NCBI GenBank assembly: GCA_951406725.2
Contig: OX597825.1
Coordinates: forward strand, 77,500,001-77,564,000
From: Octopus vulgaris
Lineage: Eukaryota
Direction of reading: 5' to 3'
DNA length: 64,000 nucleotides
Under the pieces are notes generated by a model. The model was not told the origin of the DNA. It did no database searches and saw only the letters and a list, made by a program, of their open reading frames with translations. A program made the translations under genes and the position numbers. Of this stretch, positions 1-12,389 are shown one piece after another (position 1 is the stretch's first letter; each line of letters begins with the position of its first letter).

Positions 1-492
1 CCTAACTTTCAATATCCGATGGCGGAATGTTCAATGATGTATATTTTAGTATTAACACAGCGGACAGTGGTCAGTGTGTTTAATTGTATGTGTTGCTTCG
101 GCCAACAACCAATGAATACATCTTTACCACCGAAACTCACTGACCGTGAAAAATTGGATGGAATCATGCTTTGTCGAGTCCAGTAGAGTGACCAATATGT
201 AAAGCCCCCATTGATGAAAGGACAGTGTGAGAGAAGAGATTGTTCAGGAAGTTGAAGTGGGTTGAGGGGGTTGGGGACCAGGTTGGGAAAAAGGGAAAAG
301 CGTAGACGAGGAAGAAGTGGAAGTTGAGAAATAAGGCGCATTTCACAGAAACGCTTTAATATATGGAGTCAGGCTTCGTATGACTAAAAGCTGGTCGAAA
401 TGAACGTAGGTTGTCCGACTAAGTGAATTAGTAAACTGTTACGTTGCGAACTACAGTGTTCTGTGTTCGAACCCAGGTTAATTCCTCTTTAA

Positions 493-889
493 TTTGTTTC
501 AGTCATTTGACTGTGGCCATGCTGGAGCACGTTCTCTAGTCGAGCAAATCGACCCCAGGACTTATTCTTTGTAAGCCTAGTACTTGTTCTAACGGTCTCT
601 TTTGCTGAACCGCTATGTTACGGGGACGTAAACACACGAGCATTGGTTGTCAAGCGATTTTGGGGGACAAAAACAGACACACAAACATACACATACACAC
701 ACACATATATATATATATATATACATATATATATACCACGGGCTTCTTTCAGTTTCCGTCTACCAAATCCATTCACAAGGCTTTGGTCGGCCCGAGGTTA
801 TAGTAGAAGACACTTTCCCAAGATGACACGCAGTAGGAATGAACCCGGAACCATGCGGCTGGTAAGCAAACTATTTACCACATAGCCAC
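493..889 (-). mobile_element. tRNA-derived SINE, family A (head + CORE-like block + internal TA/TG microsatellite + tail)
   Basis: Reverse-complement match to full copies at 9169 and 24342; internal (CA)/(TA) tract at about 677-735. Confidence 0.85.
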
Positions 890-992
890 CGACATGGTCT
901 GAGAATATCAAAGCTACCAGTGGATACTCTTTTAAATCAGAAAGAATACGGGTACAGGAATTAAAATTTTTTTTTAAACGGTGGTTATAAAT

Positions 993-1368
993 AATCTTTT
1001 CTACTACGGTATAGGCACAGGGCCCGAAATATTGGGAGAGGGGACTAGTTATTTGCATCGACCCCAGTGCTCAACTGGTACTTATTTTATAACCCGAAAG
1101 GTTGAAAGGGAAAGTCGACCTTGGCAGAATTTGAACTCAGAACGTGAAGACGGACGAAATACCTATTTATTTACTACCCACAAGGGGCTAAACACAGAGA
1201 GGACAAACAAGGACAGATTTAATTTATCGACCCCGAAAGGATGAAAGGCAAAGTCGACCTCGGCGGAATTTGAACTCAGAACGTAACGGCAGACGAAATA
1301 TGGCTACGCATTTCGCCCGGCGTGCTAACGTTTCTGCCAGCTCGCCGCTAAGCATTTTGCTCGGTGCG
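993..1368 (-). mobile_element. Nested SINEs: family B2 copy (1164-1348) inserted in the head of a family B1 copy
   Basis: B1 body ends ...GACGAAATACC at 1163 and resumes GCTAAGCATTTT at about 1347; the intervening sequence has the B2 tail (CCCACAAGGGGCTAAACACAG) and a full B head. Confidence 0.85.
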
Positions 1369-1615
1369 GTACGAAGAACATTTAGTAGGGGTCAAATGGT
1401 TCGACTTTGATGTATTTACAAGAGAGCAATTCAACGGGGTAAATATTGACTATAAGAGGAATAAAGGAGAGCAGATATGGAGGCAATTATGCGGAGAAGC
1501 AAATGAAATAAAACAGCATGGGTTTCACGCGGAGAAGATAAAACAGGGGACAACTGATGAAAGGAATGTTCTTTATGCTGCCTGTCTCGTTTCTCTGTTT
1601 GTTTCTTTTGTTGTT

Positions 1616-1808
1616 CGAAAAAAATTCGTTTCTATGTTTTTGTTTTTATGTTCTTGATTCTCATATTGTAGACGTCTTTATTTTCTTTTTCGATGTCCTG
1701 TACCCATATATGCATGTATATATATACATATATATGTACGTATGTACATATGTGTATATATATATCTATGCATATATTTATATATTATTTATATCATTAT
1801 TATTGTTG

Positions 1809-1876
<68 letters not shown>

Positions 1877-2169
1877 TAGTTTTATTTTTATAGCGTGCTT
1901 TCACTTCACTACCGAGCGCAGCTCTGTGTCTTGGGTATGTGCTGTGATTTGTTGTGATGCTCTGATGGTTATTGTATGGAAAGTGTTCTGCGTAGGATGT
2001 GTGCAGTGCCTAGTAGTGCAATTGTCTGTATGTTATATGTGTTTGTAAGTCCTGGTGTTTTTATTATGTATTTGTCTGAATATTTTTTTATCATGCCTAA
2101 TGCACCTACTATGATAGGAATTGTTTCTGTTTTCAGATTCCACATTCTAGTTACCTCTATTATTATTAC

Positions 2170-2268
<99 letters not shown>

Positions 2269-2460
2269 TATGTATATATATATATATGTGTATATAATAT
2301 AAATAATATTTGAATATATGCATATATACATACATACATGTACATACCTACATATATATGTATATATACATGCATATATGGGTACAGGACATAAAAAGGC
2401 GTTGAACACAATGAGAAACGAAAACATAAAAACAAAAACATGGAAACGAACTTTTTTTCG
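1616..2460. repeat. Imperfect inverted repeat with arms at about 1616-1797 and 2291-2460
   Basis: CGAAAAAAATTCGTTTCTATGTTTTTGTTTTTATG...ATGTCCTGTACCCATATATGCATG recurs as its reverse complement; both strands encode [11 protein letters not shown]. Confidence 0.8.
1874..2160 (-). mobile_element. 5'-truncated R4/Dong-clade non-LTR retrotransposon (RLE C-terminus + 3' UTR) in (TAA)n
   Basis: Encodes EVTRMWNLKTETIPIIVGALGMIKK...IQTIALLGTAHILRRTLSIQ* (stop at 1969-1971), typical of the R4/Dong RLE end; (TTA)n on both sides. Confidence 0.85.
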
Positions 2461-2728
2461 GCTTTTTTGCATGGGCGCATGTAAGTATTTCATTTATTTC
2501 TTTTCGTATTTTCTACTGAGGAGGAAAAAATCTATTATGAGATTTATTTCGAAATTGATTCAATATAGAAATAACGAACTTTTTTTTTTAAATCCTGTTG
2601 AATAGCTTTCCTCGATTCAGCTCTACGTATTTTCTCTAGCGAGTACATAGTATGTGGAAATTGACGATTTAAAAGTCTGTTATCAGCATATTGGCATCGA
2701 AATAATTTTCTTAGCCCTTGTTTATAAG

Positions 2729-2770
<42 letters not shown>

Positions 2771-2803
2771 ATCAAAATAAGCAACAAGAATGACTCCGGT
2801 AAT

Positions 2804-2890
2804 TTGGTACAATTGTTTCGTACTATAATCATTTTATTAAATGTTGTAAGTATTACAACAGGTTTAAGATGCTGAGTACTCATCAGCCAA
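2804..2890 (-). ncRNA. Minimal type I hammerhead ribozyme motif (Penelope-type) in a TA-flanked element at about 2765-3030
   Basis: Minus strand: UUGG-CUGAUGA-GUACU...AGUAC-GAAA-CAAUUG-UA-CCAA; intact core, stems I and II, palindromic stem III. Confidence 0.8.
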
Positions 2891-3026
2891 TTATAGAGAT
2901 TTTCCATTAATACAAAAATTTTCAAATCAAGTGGCAACATTATAGAGAAGGTAGATATACAGACAAAGATGTGGATTTAAATTTTAAGAACATGTAAGGT
3001 AGTGAGGTCCTTCCACTAACTAACTA

Positions 3027-3060
<34 letters not shown>

Positions 3061-3715
3061 CGCAGACAAATACACAACACATGCACACTGTATACACACA
3101 CACACGCACACACACAATTGATAACTTACTATCATAACGCAGAATAATGCAATTGACAGGTGAGATCAATATATTTTGCTTGTTAAACTATTCAATCACT
3201 GCTAATTGAATGTATAACCGAAGGCGAAAGTGGAATACAAATTAATCTAAACAAACCATAAAACCATCCCAGAAGGTTTGTAGCGTTTTGTTAGTTCATT
3301 CCGTGGGTGTGTGCGTGTGGGTGTGTATTTGTGTATGTGTGTGGATGTTTGTCTGTATGTGTGTGCATATATATATATATGTGTGTGTACGTATGTGGGT
3401 GTATTGGTGTCTGTATGTGTATGCTTGTATGTGTATGTGTGGCTGTGTGCATATATATGTGTGTGTATGTATGTATGTATGTATATTTCTGTATGTGTGT
3501 GTATATGTTTGTATGCGTGTGGTTGTGTCCATATATATCTATGTGAATTTATTTATGTATGTGTGTGTATGGGTGTGTATGTATATATATGTATGTATAT
3601 TGTTTCAAAAATATAATACGTTAGTGTCGAACATAGCTGAGACGGACAACATAATAGATTGTATTGATTTTTTTGTTATAGTTGTTTTTTCTCTTTTCAA
3701 TATAAACATGTGTGT

Positions 3716-3754
<39 letters not shown>

Positions 3755-3998
3755 TGTGTGTGTGTGTTTGTGTGTGTGTGTCTTTGTGCGTGTTGTTATT
3801 TTGTTTTCTACTTAAATGTGCGGCGTTTCTATCTTGTATTTTTTCCACCGCTCTTAGTAAACTCATTGGTATAGTTTGACCATTAGCTACAAAACCACAC
3901 GCCCACACTTACACACACAGACACATACGCGCTGAGACACACGCACAAACGCACACACACACACAGGGAAAAACACTCATATTTGTACATTCTGTATG

Positions 3999-4064
<66 letters not shown>

Positions 4065-4289
4065 AATAGAAAGAGAGAGAGAGATATACATATATATATA
4101 TATATACATATATATTATGTATACATACATATATATGTGTATATAGATTTTTATATATATATAAAGATATATATATATATATATACACGCATATATATGT
4201 ACATATATGCATATATATATATATATACATACATATATATATATAAATATATATATATATGCATACATACATATATGTATATATATATA

Positions 4290-4322
<33 letters not shown>

Positions 4323-4488
4323 GTGTATGTATATATACATATATATATATATATTTATATATATATATATATATAATTATTGACACAAAGGTAATGCTAT
4401 TGCTAATTCGGAGTAATCCTTATTTTTAATATTGTCAATATGTATATATATATGCTTACACATATACACATCTAACCGGACTCACACG

Positions 4489-4538
<50 letters not shown>

Positions 4539-4926
4539 CAAACTGTCATTAGCCTAGTAATAGTTGTTTGGTTTCTTTTCAATATAAACATGTGTGTGTG
4601 TGTGTGTGTGTGTCTTTGTGTGTGTTGTTATTTTGTTTTCCTTAAACAATGAATTTTTTTTTTTCGTTAGACTCTGCTCCTAATTCATTCAATCATACTT
4701 TGTGTGTGTCATTGTAATTATGTCTGGCATCAAACACACAGAAAAAACGTTTAGCAGCGAACGAATCACTAAAAATCCTATCTACATCTCCTTAACACTT
4801 TGTTCTGCTATCAACTCCCTTTAGATTTGCTTCGGCACCTTCATCTCTCAAGGGGATGGAAGAAACTGAATTTAAATGCAATGTTGTTACTAATGGGTTT
4901 ATTGCCACAATAACTGGCCTCTGTAA

Positions 4927-5875
4927 GGCGGCGAGCTGGCAGAAACGTTAGCACGCCGGGCGAAATGCGTAGCCGTATTTCGTCTGCCGTTACGTTCTGA
5001 GTTCAAATTCCGCCGAGGTCGACTTTGTCTTTCATCCTTTCGGGGTCGATTAAATAAGTACCAGTTACTCACTGGGGTAGATATAATCGACTTAATCCCT
5101 TTGTCTGTCCTTGTTAGACCTCTCTGTGTTTAGCCCCTTGTGGGTAGTAAAGAAATAGGTATTTCGTCTGCCGCTACGTTCTGAGTTCAAATTTCGCCGA
5201 GGTCGACTTTGTCTTTCATCCTTTCGGGGTCGATTAAATAAGTACCAGTTACTCACTGGGGTAGATATAATCGACTTAATCCCTTTGTCTGTCCTTGTTA
5301 GACCTCTCTGTGTTTAGCCCCTTGTGGGTAGTAAAGAAATAGGTATTTCGTCTGCCGCTACGTTCTGAGTTCAAATTTCGCCGAGGTCGACTTTGTCATT
5401 CATCCTTTCGGGGTCGATTAAATAAGTACCAGTTACGCACTGGGGTAGATATAATCGACTTAATCCCTTTGTCTGTCCTTGTTAGACCTCTCTGTGTTTA
5501 GCCCCTTGTGGGTAGTAAAGAAATAGGTATTTCGTCTGCCGCTACGTTCTGAGTTCAAATTTCGCCGAGGTCGACTTTGTCTTTCATCCTTTTGGGGTTC
5601 ATTAAATAAGTACCAGTTACGCACTGGGGTCGATATAACCGATTCAATCCGTTTGTCTGTCCTTGTTTGACCTCTCTGTGTTTAGCCCCTTGTGGGTAGT
5701 AAAGAAATAGGTATTTCGTCTGCTGCGACGTTCTGAGTTCAAATTCCGCTGAGGTCGACTTTGCCTTTCATTCTTTCGGGGCCTATAAATTAATTGCCAG
5801 TGGCATACTGGGGGCGATCTAATCGACTGGTTTCCTTCTCAAATTTCGTGTCTTGTGCCTAGAGTAGAAAGAATA
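4927..5875 (+). repeat. Tandem array of family B SINE: one head, four B2 units, one terminal B1-tailed unit
   Basis: Junctions AAAGAAATA|GGTATTTCG at 5158, 5342, 5526 and 5710 (period 184 bp); B box GAGTTCAAATT and conserved GTCGACTTTG..TTCATCCTTTCGGGGTCGAT block. Confidence 0.9.
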
Positions 5876-6339
5876 TTGGTGTTAGATATGAGGGCAGAAT
5901 CGTTAGCACGCCGGGCGAAAGGCTCTGAGTTAAAATTTCGCTCGTAAGAACTTTAACTCATTCGCTACATGATTTATTGACGTTTCTAATAAATAACAAA
6001 GTAAATTTATTATATTACAATATGAAATGTCAACTGTGATCCATCGCATGTCTATTCTCTGTATGTCACCGATGTGGATTAAAAATATAGGAGCCGACAT
6101 ACGGTTCTTCCTGGGTTGGTGGGGTGTTGAAGATTTTTTTGGCGGATACTCGGGAGAACGAGGACGATGGAGAAAGAAGGTGTATGCATATTTTAATTGC
6201 TTTGATCTTAAAACCATTTTCAATATTTATTCTGTGTGCGAATGAGTTGATATTTCTGGTCGAAATGTTGTTTTGATGCACCGTATTACATTAAAGAGAT
6301 TACTTTTGTGCGACACTTATGATTTTGCAATACTTTGTG

Positions 6340-6715
6340 GTGTGTCCAATTTTGTTAATTTAATTTATAGCAATGGATTGCTTGAAGAATGATAGTAAAA
6401 GGAAGTGGGAGAGCATTAAAAATTTGCTTGAGAAACCTTCCAAGACAGCAGGGAACCGGTGTCCTCACTTAACATCCCAGGCAACTCTTTCAGTATTTTT
6501 CCCTAAACCAAAGCCCTACGATGACTGATAATTAATATTTAGTCGTAGATATGTGGAAAGGCGTGGAATATTGGTTTCAGTGTCGGGTTTTCGGTTCACA
6601 TTGGAGATTGATTCGTGGGCAGAAATATCCCTGGTGTCTTTGAGCAAGTGAACTCCTTTAACGATGCTGGGGACTAATAAGCTGAAGATGAGTCCGGCCA
6701 AGTGCAATGGCAGGT
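6340..6715 (-). mobile_element. Possible decayed CR1/L2-like LINE ORF2 C-terminal fragment
   Basis: Scattered minus-strand peptides (LLVPSIV..DTR, FNALP, SFFKQSI) loosely recall CR1/L2 C-termini; frameshifted. Confidence 0.3.
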
Positions 6716-7021
6716 CTCTCTCTCTCTCTCTATCTCTCTATCTATCTATCTCCCTCTCTCCCACGAGCTGTCAGACCCTCGATGGTAAGCTGGTTTGAGA
6801 ATACGAGTATATAGATGTATGGAGAACATATATGTATGTACATGAAAGTTAGCTAGGACGTTAAAACCTAGTATCCCTACAAAAGAGCGTTCAAGGTCAA
6901 TCTTTGCCAAACAGATTCACTCTGAGTGCTTTAGCTTCGTTACTATGACAACATTCCGGATATTTATTGATCAATCCTCATAATATATAGATATATATGT
7001 ATGTATATGTATGCATGTATA

Positions 7022-7063
<42 letters not shown>

Positions 7064-7126
7064 CATGTGCTTATATATATCTGTGTATATATATACATAC
7101 ATATGCCTATGTATATATATGCATAT

Positions 7127-7204
<78 letters not shown>

Positions 7205-7243
7205 TATGTATATATATATATACACAAATATACATATGCATAT

Positions 7244-7274
<31 letters not shown>

Positions 7275-7933
7275 GTATGTAAGCATATATATATATATAC
7301 TTCCGATTTTGAACGGCTTCTCTTCATTAGTGCTGTTGTCAACGAGTGTCCTGTTACTCTGTCAATTTTACATTGTTAAGGAAATGGATTTTCCTTCATA
7401 AGTGTTTAGCAAACACAGAAATTTCACAAATATTTACTAATTTGTATGAAAATCCTTCTTAGTTGTCGCCAACATTTCTATTATCAATGACAATATTTTC
7501 AATAAGTTTATGTTTTGTTTTTCTTATTGTTTTCCGATTTTTATAAGATTTGTTACTGCTTTTATTTAATACTTTAATGAAAAATCACCCCATTACGATT
7601 TAATTTGTTAAGCGTTAGAACAGGCTGGGTGGCAGTCTATCGGCTTCGCCGGGTCTCTCTCTCTCTCGCTCTGTATCTATCCATTTACGTCGATCTATGC
7701 ATTGATCAATGCATTTCTATATAGGCTATATCTTTGTCTTTACTACTATCAATCTCTATGTATAAACTCATATAAATGTATGTATTTATATACGTATACA
7801 CACTCACACGCGTACACATACATATATACATAAATACATAAATATGTACAAATGCGCGCACATGTATATTTATCGACGTATTTACAATGTATAAAAGAAT
7901 ATACATATATATGTATATGTATGTATGTATATA

Positions 7934-8021
<88 letters not shown>

Positions 8022-8217
8022 GAAATACAGAAATACATATATACATACTTGTGCATAGGTGTAAATATGCATGCATATTCATACATATATATATGAGGGT
8101 GACTGAGAGCGAAAGATCTTCGTGTATATATGCATATATGTATATACATACATACATATATATATGTATATATATATACATACTTACATATATATATACA
8201 CGCACATATATACATAC

Positions 8218-8265
<48 letters not shown>

Positions 8266-8523
8266 CATGTATAATGCCACCCCTCTGATGAAAAAAATCA
8301 ATCACACGTAACGATGTCTGGTATTGTACGAAGAAGAGGAAAATATTTAAAACATGTACAAATCTACCTTTACATCCCATTCCGTGAAAGCCGAGTGAAA
8401 CATACGATAGTTAGCATAAAGACCAATACATAAATATTAGACTGTTATCGATTCTGTGAATAAATACAGGTAAAACGTTACCAGCCGACTCACACATATG
8501 TATATACACAAATAGATGGATAT

Positions 8524-8578
<55 letters not shown>

Positions 8579-8611
8579 ATGTATGTATACATATATATAT
8601 GTATATATATT

Positions 8612-8642
<31 letters not shown>

Positions 8643-8669
8643 GTGTATATATATATATGTATATATTTA

Positions 8670-8734
<65 letters not shown>

Positions 8735-9168
8735 ATATATATGCCGAGCGATAGAGAGACAAACATATGTATATTCTTGCATAAATTTCCACGTACATGG
8801 CCGCCTGCATAACAAGTTATATATATATATATATATATATATGTATCACACGCAACACATATGCATATATATGCGTAGATACACGCACAACTACCTAACA
8901 TGTCCGGTATGCAAAATCCATATACATAAATTCACACATACCCGTCTGCATACATAGGCATATAGTCATACATTTTAATGTATAGACATAAGCATACATA
9001 TGCACTTACATGCACACATACATATACGTATACATACATAATTACACACACACGTGAATGCATTCGTACGTATACCCATGGATAAAAATATACGCACATA
9101 GATCACTCTCTCTCTCTCTCTCTTTCTTTTTGTGTGTGTAAATATACATACATATATATATATATATA

Positions 9169-9536
9169 GGCGTAGGAGTGGCTGTGTGGTAAGTAGCTTG
9201 CTTACGAACTACATGGTTCTGGGTTTAATCTCGCTGCGTGGCACATTGGGCAAGTGTCTTCTACTAAAGCCTCGGGCCGACCAAAGTCTTGTGAGTGGAT
9301 TTGGTGGACGGAAACTGAAAGAAGCCCATCGTATATATGTATATATATATGCGTGTGTGTGTGTGTGTGTGTGTGTGTCTGTGTTTTCCCCGTAACTTAG
9401 CGGTTCGGCCAAAGCGACCGAGAGAATAAGTACTAGGGTTACAAAGAATAAGTCCTGGGGTCGATTTGCTCGACTAAAGGCGATGTTCCAGCATGGCCAC
9501 CGTCAAATGACTGAAACAAGTAAAAGAGTAAGAGTA
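9169..9536 (+). mobile_element. SINE family A, near full length
   Basis: GGCGTAGGAGTGGCTGTGTGGTAAG head, TTGGGCAAGTGTCTT block, internal (TA)(TG), tail ending GACTGAAACAAGTAAAAGAGT. Confidence 0.88.
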
Positions 9537-10822
9537 TTCGTATAGATGGATGCATCTTTACATAAATACATATATACATGCATGCATACATACGTATGTA
9601 CATACCTATATACATACATATATACTGACATACATAAATCAATACATGCATGCATACATACATACATACATACATGCATGCATGCATACATACATACATA
9701 CATACATACATACATACATACATACATACGTACGTACGTACGTACGTACGTACAGACACTCATGCATGTATACGTGACCCTCCTTTTCAGGAAGGCCATA
9801 TTTCTTTCCTGTGTTTCTACCTTTGCTACAAGCGGGTGTTTCACGAAATTTTGTCTCCTTCGTTTATATACCGTATATTTCTTTAAGCAATTTTTCACCA
9901 TTTTTACTATATTTTATTTTATTTCCGTTTTATTTTTATTCGAATTCTAGGAAAAAATAATTTGTTTTCTTTTTTATCATTATTATCGATGATTGCAAAC
10001 TCTGAGAAAAGCAAAATTCTGTTACATTATTTCTACGACTATCAATTCCATTCGTAGTTCGACACTAGATTCTAAATTACATGGTGAACATGACCAATTC
10101 CAGATGAAAGAACACCAAACTGCTTGCTATATAATATTGGTCTCTATGGCATTGATTCTTGTCGATCTTTCACGAATCTGAATACATTATCGAAAATAAC
10201 TAACTTATATAACTTCTTTATACTTATGTCCAATTCTTTTTTTTTTTTCTCTAATGTATTCTTCTATATCTTAAACATAATTCTCCTTGTAGTAGTTGTA
10301 GTAGTAATAATATTTAGAAGTTGTTATTGTTGTTGTTGTTGTTGTAGGTAATTTGCCTCTCTTTAGCTGTAACCTTTGCATATAACAAGTTCTTCAGATG
10401 CTGCGCCTGTGTGATGTAGTGAAGTAACCGAAACCGCTTCACTCATGTATGTATCTATGAATATATATGCATGTATGTATGTGTGTATGAATGTATGAAT
10501 GTATGCATGTATGTATGTGTGCATGTACGTAGGTATGCATGTATGTGTGCGTGTATGTATGGATGGATTATGTATGTATGTATGAATTTATACACACATA
10601 CATAAATATACATATATGTATATATCACAAATGTTTACTTTAATATATTTATACATTCGTATATGCATATATATAGAGACAGATAAATAGATATATAGAT
10701 AGATACATACATATTCATGTATATATACATATAGGTATACACCTTTATACATGTGAGGGCGTTTTGTGTGTGTGCGTCGGTGTATACGTATGCATGTGTG
10801 TATGTATGTATGTACATACGTG

Positions 10823-10854
<32 letters not shown>

Positions 10855-11121
10855 TACGACACGGAAGTACGTACACACACACATGCAACCATACAAATAT
10901 ACACTTATATATGCTTCCTATAAGTATAAGTTGTAAATGTATGTATCACACAGGGGTGCACACATAAATAAAATATACATGTATGCACATATATGTTTAA
11001 AATATATGTATATATATCCATATATATATATACACATATATATATATGTTTATATATATATATATACATACATATATATATGTATATATATATATGTATA
11101 TATATATGTATATATACATAC

Positions 11122-11204
<83 letters not shown>

Positions 11205-11599
11205 CACCTACACACACACATATATAATGCGTAATTGATGATATTGATTGATTTAACGGCAGCATTTAACTGATTGAAGACAGAATAAATTATCCTACTT
11301 CTTCGCGTAAAGAAGAACGGGAAGAAGAAGTCTCGTATTTATTCATAAACTCCTGCAATGGAATATAATCCAAAGAAAGAATTGGGCATGAGATATATGT
11401 TTAGATTATGTACTGGTCGATACCGATGTGGGATCTTGAACAAAATGGCATTCTACAGCCGCAGTTCTTTCATCTCCACTGTTATTACTCTTGTATAGTG
11501 CTCTCTCGGCTTTGAGTATTTCAATCCCACCAAGGATATTTTTCAGCTATGCTATGATTACCCCTTTTTTCTTTGTTTTGTTTTGTGTTTATATATTCA

Positions 11600-11752
11600 T
11601 GGGTGTGTGGTAAGAAGGTTGCTTCTCAACCATATTGGTCTGGGTTCAATCCCGCTGCGTGGCAGTTTGGGCAAGTGTCTGCTAGTATAGCCTCGGTTCG
11701 ACTAAAGACTTGTGAGTGGATTTGGTAGACGGAAACTGAAAGAGGTACGTCG
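11600..11752 (+). mobile_element. SINE family A, 5' half ending at the internal (TA)n
   Basis: Head with GGTTCAATCCC B box and GGGCAAGTGTC block. Confidence 0.8.
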
Positions 11753-12033
11753 TATATATATATATATATATATATATATACTAAGCAATTAAGGGTTTAG
11801 CAACGAATTGCCTCACCACACACCGAATTTAGAAATAGCAGTCAAAGCTATTCTTTCTACTAAAAGGGAGATCTCAGTAAAAACACAGCACTTGAAAGGC
11901 AAATACAGACAGGTAAGAGAGAATGTATATATATATATCATAAGGGTGAAAAATTGAATATTAATTTGATTAATATCAATTTAAAACCAGTGGCCTAGCA
12001 TATTGAAATCTGAAGATTCAGCAAGATTATATT

Positions 12034-12343
12034 ACATACATATATGAGGGATGACCCCCCCAGGCTGACATCCATTATGCTGGAAGTATATCCGCTATGG
12101 TTTTACCGCTAAGAAAGGAATGTTCTCAAGAAAATTTAGCAAACGCCAGAACGTAAACGAGGAAGACAAATGAAAAGAAACAAAAAAATCTATATTTTGT
12201 ATCTTTTCATTTGTCTTGCTCGCTTACGTTCTGGCGTTTGCTAAATTTTCTTGAGAACATTCCTTTCTTAGCGGTAAAACCATAGGAGGTCGACGTCTAG
12301 CATAATGGATGTCCACTTAGTGGTCATCCCGCTTATATGTATG

Positions 12344-12344
<1 letters not shown>
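12034..12344. repeat. TA-flanked fold-back palindrome of about 310 bp (MITE-like)
   Basis: 12095-12156 is the exact reverse complement of 12224-12285 (62 bp); imperfect pairing continues inward and outward. Confidence 0.9.

Positions 12345-12389
<45 letters not shown>

Noticed and set aside
1-350. Minus-strand peptides (HCPFIN, LHIGHST) faintly like a GIY-YIG endonuclease
   Set aside because: The motifs are too short, lie in different frames and have the wrong spacing.
1554-1630. CTGATGA...CGAAA possible hammerhead
   Set aside because: Stems I-III cannot be formed convincingly.
4927-5875. Regularly spaced repeats suggestive of a CRISPR array
   Set aside because: Entire 184-bp units repeat with no unique spacers, there are no cas genes, and the units are SINE bodies.
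11829-11842. TAGAAATAGCA matches part of the Cas9 sgRNA scaffold
   Set aside because: Only about 11 nt match, the flanks are unrelated, and it is part of a native repeat.
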